Below, piece after piece: positions 18,162-25,699 of a DNA stretch of 38,877 nucleotides. Position 1 is the first letter of the stretch, and each line of letters opens with the position of its first letter. A program made the position numbers and the translations under genes. Below the pieces are notes generated by a model that did not search any database, had not been told where the DNA came from, and saw only the letters and a list, made by a program, of their open reading frames with translations. This DNA comes from Candidatus Thorarchaeota archaeon (lineage in GTDB: Archaea > Asgardarchaeota > Thorarchaeia > Thorarchaeales > Thorarchaeaceae): NCBI GenBank assembly GCA_011364905.1, contig RDNZ01000026.1:1-38877 (forward strand). Direction: 5' to 3'.

Positions 18162-18914
18162 GTGATATCGTCTAAGATGGTGGATTTAGCTTTTGGGGAT
18201 CTAACCCCACTTGACATTGGCATGGCTGTGGCAACAGGCTTGATCATATCAGCGGTCCTGACAGCTGCATACTATATGGCAGCTTCCGGCATGCCACATT
18301 GGAAACCGAGAAAGCTAGTCCACATAGTTATAGGCACAGTCATTGCCTTGTCAATAGTTTCGTATTCTAGTCTAAGCGGTCCAGCCTTGGCCATAGGTAT
18401 ATTTCTGACGATTTTGATGTATGCCTGGGCACACAAGAGCGAGTTGGTCTGGGAACTACTGATCGCTGGAAGCCGAGAGGAGGAATCACGGCTCAATACT
18501 TTCGCGTCCGGTTTCATGGGACTTGTCTCATTCATTACGGTGTTCTTTGTGTTCTTTTCGAAACCAGCGATATTCGTAGCTGCTATTCTTGCAGTTTCGT
18601 GGGGGGATGCAGCGGGCGAAGTGATTGGCCGACCCTTTGGTGGGAATCTAATCAGTCGAAAGTACAGAAACAAATCCATAGAAGGAGGGATTGCTGTACT
18701 CATATTTACAGCACTAGCTGTGATAACATCATTGATACTATTCTCACAAGAAACTATTGTTCTAAATGTACTGCCTCAAATCCTGCTGATAGCCGTCTTT
18801 ACGACAGTTGCAGAACTATTGAGTGTGGGCTGGACTGATAATTTTCTAATTCCTATGGTCACTGCTCTAACTATGTGGTTACTTCTGTTTCCGGGCATGG
18901 CTTTGCTTCTCTAA
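18162..18914 (+). CDS. CTP-dependent polyprenol/phytol/dolichol kinase family membrane protein (SEC59/VTE5/DGK1-like)
   Basis: RKLVHI..G, SWGDAAGEVIGRPFG, KSIEG, AELLS...TDNFLIP; about 7-8 TM helices. Confidence 0.85.
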   Translation: MISSKMVDLAFGDLTPLDIGMAVATGLIISAVLTAAYYMAASGMPHWKPRKLVHIVIGTVIALSIVSYSSLSGPALAIGIFLTILMYAWAHKSELVWELLIAGSREEESRLNTFASGFMGLVSFITVFFVFFSKPAIFVAAILAVSWGDAAGEVIGRPFGGNLISRKYRNKSIEGGIAVLIFTALAVITSLILFSQETIVLNVLPQILLIAVFTTVAELLSVGWTDNFLIPMVTALTMWLLLFPGMALLL

Positions 18915-18923
18915 TAAGGCGAA

Positions 18924-19826
18924 CTATCCCCAATCACTAATTCTTTCAATTCCGGACTCGCCCAACTCACAGACAAGCTTGAGCTCAGCAAGGATACCAG
19001 ACCACCCAATGTCATAGCCCACTACAGCCTCAGGAGACCTGAAACCAAGGTGGTGGAGGGTCACTAAGGTGTGTTCATCGACCTCTTCAAACCGTACATT
19101 GACAATAGTTTCAGGTTCATTACCATGAACCCATGAGAACTCTAATTCCCTATCTTGAATCATTTTTTTGAAGACAACAGGTCCTCGCCCTTCAGCCCAC
19201 CAAGTATAGATGCCAGCATACTGGCGATCCACTACAGGATGATCAGCACGAATGAAATGTTTTAGCTTTTCAGGATTTGTCCATACATCAAACGGTAATG
19301 ATGGAGGTGTTTTACAGAGAACGCTTAGCCTCACATCAACCGGATCGTAGCGAGTGATGCGAAGCGGATGATAGTTCGAGTAATTGAAACGAATAGCAGG
19401 AGCACCAAGCTCGACTGCTGCTTTGAAATTGGCAAGCAAGAGGTTCCAATGCTCAGGTAAGTGATAGGCTCGAGCGGATACAGGAACAGCTCCGTGGTTT
19501 ACCTGTATCATTGTCCCTGGACCAATGGGATTGAATCTGATGACAAGCAGTGTGTCGACACCCATGATTCTCCAACTCAAGAGAAGGACTCTTCCCTCTT
19601 TCACCTCTTTAATGTCCCAGTAATTTGCGAGTTCAGGAGTCGTCGGAGCGTTAGGTCCAAGAAATCGGATAGTGCCTCCCGCTCTCACATCTGCACTGAT
19701 CTCATCACCAAGCCACTGAAGCATAATGATGGGATCCAGAAACTTCTCCCAAACCTCCTCTATCGGTCGGGAAACTCGAATCCGAAGATGAATGACAGGA
19801 AGGACCTCTTCTTTTTGCTCCGCCAC
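18924..19826 (-). CDS. Tandem SRPBCC (AHSA1/CalC-like, START-fold) domain protein
   Basis: Two repeats: RPIEEVWEKFLDP...QW.G...TMIQVNH...HWNLLLANFK and PPSLPFDVWTNPEKL...TLVTLHH...GWSGILAELK. Confidence 0.8.
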   Translation of the reverse strand: MAEQKEEVLPVIHLRIRVSRPIEEVWEKFLDPIIMLQWLGDEISADVRAGGTIRFLGPNAPTTPELANYWDIKEVKEGRVLLLSWRIMGVDTLLVIRFNPIGPGTMIQVNHGAVPVSARAYHLPEHWNLLLANFKAAVELGAPAIRFNYSNYHPLRITRYDPVDVRLSVLCKTPPSLPFDVWTNPEKLKHFIRADHPVVDRQYAGIYTWWAEGRGPVVFKKMIQDRELEFSWVHGNEPETIVNVRFEEVDEHTLVTLHHLGFRSPEAVVGYDIGWSGILAELKLVCELGESGIERISDWG

Positions 19827-19909
19827 TATCCTTGACCTCGTACAGTTCGTATTTGTTATCGCGCCTTATGTTTCTGATGGTTACCAAGAAATAAAACTCT
19901 CGTTACAAT

Positions 19910-20332
19910 TCATGATACTTTCATCAATGTTACAAGAGCCTCTCCGTCCATGACTACCTTGTCTTCCTGATTAGTGCAAGTTGTCTTCAAAGTTATTCTT
20001 TCTTTTTCATCATTCAACATGACTACTTCTACTCGAGCAGTGATTGTATCACCAATTCTCACAGGGCCCAAGAAGCGCATGCTCTGACTCATGTAGATTG
20101 TTCCGGGTCCAGGCAAATGCATACCGATTGCAGTGCTAATGAAAGCAGCTGTCAGAATTCCATGAGCGATACGTCCGCCAAACATGGTCGTCTTTGCCCA
20201 TTCTTCGTTAAAGTGCAATGGGTTGTAGTCTCCGCTGAGGTCTCCAAAGACCTGAATATCCTTCTCGGTCACCGTATGAACGACCTCGGCCGATTGACCC
20301 ATCTTGATATCTGAGTATTTTGTAACTTCCAT
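19910..20332 (-). CDS. MaoC-family (R)-specific enoyl-CoA hydratase (PhaJ-like hot-dog fold)
   Basis: Hydratase-2 motif FGDLSGDYNPLH...FGGRIAHG, LPGPGTIYMSQ; ATG at 20332 follows a GGAGAAGTGA RBS. Confidence 0.9.
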   Translation of the reverse strand: MEVTKYSDIKMGQSAEVVHTVTEKDIQVFGDLSGDYNPLHFNEEWAKTTMFGGRIAHGILTAAFISTAIGMHLPGPGTIYMSQSMRFLGPVRIGDTITARVEVVMLNDEKERITLKTTCTNQEDKVVMDGEALVTLMKVS

Positions 20333-20337
20333 TTGAT

Positions 20338-21366
20338 TCACTTCTCCTTTCCCCATTTTATGGTCATTGCATTCCAAGACCAACCAATACCAGCTGCTGT
20401 GAGAACCACAATATCCCCATCTTTAATCTTGCCGTCTTTCAAACCCTCTTCGAGGGAAACAATGGAGTCGTTCTGTCCCATATGCCCCCATTCTGTGAAG
20501 TATGTAGCCTGCTTATAGGGATCGACACCAAGTTCATTGGCGACATACTCGAACGCACTTCGCTTCATTCGAATAAGTCCGAGATAGTCTATGTCTTCCC
20601 GATTGTAGCCACTGCGCTCTAGAGATTGGTCGACAACAGCGACGAAATTCTTCATTGAGAGTTTGTCTAGGCGTTGTTTGAGACCCTCGGGGTCAGTGAC
20701 ATCCAAATATATGAGCCCTTTTTCAATTGCCTCGCAGGAAATAGGCATCACGGTCCCACCTGCGGGGACGTAAACATCTTCAGAGAACTGACCATCAGAG
20801 ATCACACTTCCCTCCAATACTACGTTCCTGTCATAGTCGGCTTTGAGGATCATCGCAACACCACTAGCAGCCAAATCATGCATGAATCGAGTTCGTATGT
20901 TTCCGTAATCGATAAGATCAGAGTTACGGTAGCCGCTTCCAATAATAACACGCTTATACCCCTGTGTCTGCATGAGCGATTTTGCCAGCATCATGGCAAC
21001 GACAATGGTGCCACATCTCTGATTCACATCAAACGCCCAAGCACTGGTCGCTCCTATATCACCTTGAAATTTGATTGCATAGGTCTGCATAGGATGTTCA
21101 GCATATACCTCGCCAGCCCAGATGACAAGGTCGATATCCTTTGCAGGATCGATCCCTGCTCTCTCAATAGCTATCTTTGCAGCCTTCACTCCCATTGCTA
21201 CAGTGTGGTCATCTTTTCCGGGAACGGCTTTACTGATCATCCCTATCTTCGTCTTGATTATATCAACGGGCGTTCCAGATTTACTCGAAATATACTCGGC
21301 TGTGTGGCGTTCTTTCGGGATATAGGTGCCAATGGCCTCAACACCGACATTGATGTCTTTCATCAT
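20338..21366 (-). CDS. FabH/KAS III-like thiolase-fold enzyme A (non-canonical active site)
   Basis: IGTYIP, AFDVNQRCG (Cys), YVPAGGT, DYLGLIRMK, WGHMGQND, KDGDIVVLTAAGIGWSW. Confidence 0.88.
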   Translation of the reverse strand: MMKDINVGVEAIGTYIPKERHTAEYISSKSGTPVDIIKTKIGMISKAVPGKDDHTVAMGVKAAKIAIERAGIDPAKDIDLVIWAGEVYAEHPMQTYAIKFQGDIGATSAWAFDVNQRCGTIVVAMMLAKSLMQTQGYKRVIIGSGYRNSDLIDYGNIRTRFMHDLAASGVAMILKADYDRNVVLEGSVISDGQFSEDVYVPAGGTVMPISCEAIEKGLIYLDVTDPEGLKQRLDKLSMKNFVAVVDQSLERSGYNREDIDYLGLIRMKRSAFEYVANELGVDPYKQATYFTEWGHMGQNDSIVSLEEGLKDGKIKDGDIVVLTAAGIGWSWNAMTIKWGKEK

Positions 21367-21379
21367 CTATCAACCTCTC

Positions 21380-22912
21380 TTAATCTACTAGTTCTCGTTT
21401 CAAAATCTTCCCAGCAGCACTCTTTGGAAGCTCCTCTCTGAATTCATAGTACTTTGGTATTTTGTAACGTGCAAGTTTTTCACCAAGATACTCAAGAATC
21501 TCCTCTTGAGTCAAGCTCTTCCCTGGTTTTAGCACAATGACAGCTTTCCCAACCTCTCCCCACTTCTCGTGGGGGACTCCCACCACTGCTGCTTCCAATA
21601 TGGATGGGTGTTTATACAGAATTTCCTCAATCTCAGTTGGATAGACATTCTCGCCGCCAGAGATGAACATGTCCTTCTTTCGGCCTGTGATGAAGTAAAA
21701 TCCCTCTTCATCTCGCATAACAAGATCACCCGTGTGAACCCAACCATCAAGCTCAATTGTTTTGGCTGTTTCTTCAGGTTCATCCCAATAGCCAGAGAAA
21801 GAGTGGGGACCACGGAGCATCAACTCCCCAACAGTTCCAGTTGGTACTTCAATGCCATGGTCATCAGCCACTTTCATATCGCAGTGGAAGACTGAGAATC
21901 CGACCGACGATGGCTTTCGTTTGACATCAATCTCGGGGAGATAGAAATTGTTTGGACCAACCTCTGTGAGACCGTAGCCCATCTTCAGTATTTTCCCTCG
22001 AGCCCAGTACTTCTCCATGATAGCAACAGGACAGGGGGCGCCTCCAGAAATGAAGACACGAACACTGTCGAAGTTAGCCTTGGCGAAGCTGGGAGATTCA
22101 GACATCATGTTGAACATTGTGGGGACACCAATGACAATCGAGCATTTCTCATCCTCAATTACACTTAGAGTTTCATTAACATCGAAATCGCCCATGATTA
22201 TGGACTTAGCCCCCAAATGAATGAAGGGAATCAAAAGCACATTTATTCCGCCGGTATGAAAGAGTGGAAAAAGCAGTGGCTGGATGTCGTCAGGCCTGAG
22301 TCCCCATGAAACAATCGTATTCACTGAGTTCCAGAAAACTAGACCATGTGAGAGCACTGCGCCCTTGGGGAGTCCTGTGGTGCCACCGGTAAAGACGATG
22401 AGATAGGGATCGTCTAATGTGATAGAGGGTCGCTCTACGCCGCTTGACGACTTCTTCTTCATTAAGGAGTCGAGATCTGAGTTTCCGTCAGTCGATTTCT
22501 CACCCAAGACAACGACTGGCTTTTTGTCAAGCGAGGAACGAAATCCGTCAAACTGACTCTTGAGGGCAGGGTCATAAAAGAACGTGGTGGGACTAGTTTT
22601 GTCAATCAGGTATTCAAGTTCGGGCACAGTAAGTCTGACATTGAATGGCGTAAGGATGGCCCCAATTTTTCCACATGCAAAGAGAACATCCAAAAAGTCG
22701 AACCTGTTCTTGGAGTAGATTCCCACACGGTCCCCCTTTTCTACACCGAAATCAAGCAATACTCTCGCTACTTGATTTGCACGAGAATCCAAATCCTCGA
22801 ATGTGTACTTCTTCTTCTGAATATTATCAATCATTGCTTCCCTTTTTGGGGTTAGTAATGCTCGTCTTGCGGTCCAATCGCCAATCCAAGACCAATCTTT
22901 CTGGGCCATCAC
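21380..22912 (-). CDS. Acyl-CoA synthetase / AMP-binding ligase A (FadD/MenE-like)
   Basis: FTGGTTGLPKG, PLFHTGG, GYGLTE, WVHTGD, GRKKDMFISGGENVYP, PKSAAGKI. Confidence 0.93.
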   Translation of the reverse strand: MMAQKDWSWIGDWTARRALLTPKREAMIDNIQKKKYTFEDLDSRANQVARVLLDFGVEKGDRVGIYSKNRFDFLDVLFACGKIGAILTPFNVRLTVPELEYLIDKTSPTTFFYDPALKSQFDGFRSSLDKKPVVVLGEKSTDGNSDLDSLMKKKSSSGVERPSITLDDPYLIVFTGGTTGLPKGAVLSHGLVFWNSVNTIVSWGLRPDDIQPLLFPLFHTGGINVLLIPFIHLGAKSIIMGDFDVNETLSVIEDEKCSIVIGVPTMFNMMSESPSFAKANFDSVRVFISGGAPCPVAIMEKYWARGKILKMGYGLTEVGPNNFYLPEIDVKRKPSSVGFSVFHCDMKVADDHGIEVPTGTVGELMLRGPHSFSGYWDEPEETAKTIELDGWVHTGDLVMRDEEGFYFITGRKKDMFISGGENVYPTEIEEILYKHPSILEAAVVGVPHEKWGEVGKAVIVLKPGKSLTQEEILEYLGEKLARYKIPKYYEFREELPKSAAGKILKRELVD

Positions 22913-22921
22913 ACTATCTCC

Positions 22922-22971
22922 TTACATCATTGCAAGAAGACTTAGTCTAGTATTAGTCTTCCTGAATGTAA
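22922..22971 (-). promoter_or_regulatory. Long inverted repeat abutting the RBS of ligase A
   Basis: Minus strand: TTACATT-CAGGAAGACT-(12 nt)-AGTCTTCTTG-CAATG-ATGTAA, then GGAGA RBS. Confidence 0.35.
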
Positions 22972-23002
22972 ATCACGCCATTCTCTCAAGATGTGAGTCT
23001 AG

Positions 23003-23030
23003 CTCCATGGAGTTCCAAAAGATATATTAT
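23003..23030 (+). promoter_or_regulatory. Palindrome plus BRE/TATA-like element in the divergent promoter region
   Basis: Perfect palindrome CTCCATGGAG (23003-23012), then CAAAAGATATATTAT. The same AGATATAT core lies upstream of the binding-protein gene (31972-31979). Confidence 0.35.
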
Positions 23031-23098
23031 TCGCCTGAGCGGTCCTCACTGGGGAAATCCAGTTTTAGGAACAAGATGAGAAGGAAGTTGAACTGACC

Positions 23099-23887
23099 TT
23101 GGCAGATGATATTATTCTAAGTACAGAGGAGTTGACCAAATCGTTTGGTGGACTCGTTGCTGTTAACGATGTTAACATCGATGTCGAAAGAGGGGCAATC
23201 AAAGCTATCATCGGTCCCAATGGTTCAGGAAAGACAACTTTCTTCAACTTGATTACTGGCGTCTTCCAGCCTTCGTATGGAAAGATTTTCTTTGAAGGGA
23301 TGGACATAACACGAACTTCATTGCATCAGCGGGCCCGATTGGGCATTTCACGGTCATATCAGATCACGAATATTTTTCCCTTTCAGACGACTTTTGAGAA
23401 TATTCGATTGGCTGTGCAGGGCTGCAGTGGCTCCAGAGTGAATTTCATGGGGATGCTGAAAAAAGCCAGCTCATACGAAACGTTTCATGAAAGGGTTCTC
23501 GATATAGCCTCTGTTGTGGGTTTGGATCCTATGAGGCTCTACGTTCCAGCTGCTCTTATACCACATGCAGAACAAAGGAAGCTTGAAATCGCTATGGCTC
23601 TAGCCACCGAACCGCGACTTCTTTTGCTTGATGAGCCCGCCGCAGGGATGGCCATTGAGGAAATCCCAGAGGTGATTGATGCCATTTTGCGTGTCAAAGA
23701 ATCGTACGGTGACCAACTAACGCTCTTAATAGTCGAACACAAAATGGACATTGTGATGAATCTTAGCGAAGAGATTCTTGTCCTATCAGAAGGAAGGCTC
23801 ATAGCAAAAGGGCCGCCGGATGAAATTCGCGAAAATGAACAAGTATTGACAGCATATCTAGGTGGTACAGATGAAGAACTTGCTTGA
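23099..23887 (+). CDS. livG: Liv/HAAT-family ABC importer ATP-binding subunit
   Basis: FGGLVAVNDV, GPNGSGKTT, RARLGISRSYQ, LEIAMALA, LLLLDEPAAG, VEHKM, AYLG. Confidence 0.92.
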   Translation: MADDIILSTEELTKSFGGLVAVNDVNIDVERGAIKAIIGPNGSGKTTFFNLITGVFQPSYGKIFFEGMDITRTSLHQRARLGISRSYQITNIFPFQTTFENIRLAVQGCSGSRVNFMGMLKKASSYETFHERVLDIASVVGLDPMRLYVPAALIPHAEQRKLEIAMALATEPRLLLLDEPAAGMAIEEIPEVIDAILRVKESYGDQLTLLIVEHKMDIVMNLSEEILVLSEGRLIAKGPPDEIRENEQVLTAYLGGTDEELA

Positions 23888-24590
23888 AATACAGGATGCT
23901 CACGTATATATCGGTTCCTTCTACATCCTGCAAGGAATATCACTAGTCGTACCAAAGGGAGAGGTCACACTTTTACTAGGCAGAAACGGAGCTGGTAAGA
24001 CTACTACCATGAAAACAATACTAGGCATATATCCGCCTAAAGAGGGAAAGATCATTTTCAGGGAAGAGGAAATAACAAATCTTCCAACTCATAAAATCGT
24101 CAATAAGGGAATCGGATATGTACCTGATACTAGAAGGATATTTGGAACACTGACTGTCGAACAAAATCTTATCGTGTCCAGAAGAAAAGCAACTTCTCAT
24201 TCTGAAATGCAAGAGCGGTTGGAGCTCATATTTGATCTGTTCCCGGATATACGGGGATTTTTGAAACAGAAAGCAGGAACCTTGTCGGGAGGACAACAAC
24301 AGATGTTGGCTGTCGCCCGTGCTTTAGTGAATAACAATGACCTATTACTGATAGATGAGCCCACAGAGGGATTGAGTCCTTTATTGGCAAAGAATCTAAT
24401 CGCCTCTTTAAGCCGATTGAAAGAATTTGCTACTATCCTTTTGGTGGAACAGAACTTCCGTGCTGTTTCAAAACTGGGAGATAATTACTATATCATCGAT
24501 AGTGGAAAGATTGCCCATGAGGGAAACAACATGAGTGAATTAATAGAAGACAAGGTCCTCTTGGCAAAATACTTGGGGGTCAGCATATAA
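23871..24590 (+). CDS. livF: Liv/HAAT-family ABC importer ATP-binding subunit
   Basis: GRNGAGKTT, GIGYVP..RRIF..LTV.QNL, AGTLSGGQQQMLAVARAL, DEPTEGL.P, LLVEQN, YLGV. Confidence 0.92.
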   Translation: MKNLLEIQDAHVYIGSFYILQGISLVVPKGEVTLLLGRNGAGKTTTMKTILGIYPPKEGKIIFREEEITNLPTHKIVNKGIGYVPDTRRIFGTLTVEQNLIVSRRKATSHSEMQERLELIFDLFPDIRGFLKQKAGTLSGGQQQMLAVARALVNNNDLLLIDEPTEGLSPLLAKNLIASLSRLKEFATILLVEQNFRAVSKLGDNYYIIDSGKIAHEGNNMSELIEDKVLLAKYLGVSI

Positions 24591-25699
24591 TGCAAAGAGT
24601 GACATTCACCATCAAGGATTACTTGGATGATAATCCACGTGTCAAACAAATCCTGAAGTATTGCGTGTCAATTGCATTGATCATTGGAGCAGGCTTATTG
24701 GTCAAAGTCGCGATAGATGTCTATACTTGGAATGGATTCATTATAGGAGTAAGTAAATCACTGGTTAATGGTCTTGCGCTCAGCATGTTACTCTTTTTGA
24801 TGGTTTCTGGATTTTTCTTAATCTTCGGTTTATGTGGTGTAATCAACTTCGCTCATGGGGCTTTCTTTATGTTAGGAGGTTTTATGGGCTTTGTAATCTA
24901 TCTCGCAACTGAATCTGTTTTCCTAGACCCAACCCTGCCATTCTTTCTTATTTTTGGATCAAATCACCTCGCGCTGTCAATCACTGCGTTCATTGTCAGT
25001 GCTCTTGGTGCAACTGCAGTCATGGCTCTCATCGGGGGAGGGATAGAGTTCTTTACTATCCGAAGACTTTATGGAAATCCCATTGCCCAAATCCTGCTGA
25101 CAGTTGGTTTTATGTTCATCATCACACAAGTTGCGGAACTCATTTGGGGTCCTCCACAGATTAGCTACTTTATCATTAACAATTCGCAAATTAGCTACTT
25201 CTTCATTAGCGGCACCCTCGATCTCGGCGGTGGGATGATTTTTGTTTGGTACCGTATTTTCTTGATTTTTCTAGGTCTGTCTGTTGCAGGACTAATGTTC
25301 GTAGGATTCAGAAGGACTCGTATTGGGCTTCAAATTCAAGCAGGCATAGAAGATTCAGAGATGGTGGAAGCCTTAGGGACAAATATCAGAAGATTGTTTA
25401 CAATTGTGTTCATGCTAGGTTCTGGTCTTGCTGGATTTTCTGGCGCTGTGCTGGTACCGTGGATTGGAGCAAACTCAGGCCATGGATTAACATATCTCAT
25501 ATATGCATTTGTCATAGTGGTAATCGGGGGTGCTCATTATGGGCGCTTTGAAGGCACTTTCTTTTCTGCGCTCATTGTTGGTCTATCAATGCAATTTGCA
25601 TCGTATTTTGCTCCGGGGATTAAAGATGTCATTGTATTCATTATAATGGCAGCCATTCTAATTTTGCGACCAGGAGGATTGACAGGCCATGGACAATGA
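24590..25699 (+). CDS. livH: Liv/HAAT-family ABC importer permease
   Basis: NGL......L...GF.LIFG...VINFAHGAFFMLG, TRIG..I.A..ED.EM..ALG.N, AFVIVVIGG, RPGGL.G. Confidence 0.9.
   Translation: MQRVTFTIKDYLDDNPRVKQILKYCVSIALIIGAGLLVKVAIDVYTWNGFIIGVSKSLVNGLALSMLLFLMVSGFFLIFGLCGVINFAHGAFFMLGGFMGFVIYLATESVFLDPTLPFFLIFGSNHLALSITAFIVSALGATAVMALIGGGIEFFTIRRLYGNPIAQILLTVGFMFIITQVAELIWGPPQISYFIINNSQISYFFISGTLDLGGGMIFVWYRIFLIFLGLSVAGLMFVGFRRTRIGLQIQAGIEDSEMVEALGTNIRRLFTIVFMLGSGLAGFSGAVLVPWIGANSGHGLTYLIYAFVIVVIGGAHYGRFEGTFFSALIVGLSMQFASYFAPGIKDVIVFIIMAAILILRPGGLTGHGQ
25157..25208 (+). repeat. 22-nt imperfect direct repeat with 30-nt period inside livH
   Basis: CAGATTAGCTACTTTATCATTA / CAAATTAGCTACTTCTTCATTA, encoding QISYFII...QISYFFI. 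Confidence 0.7.
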
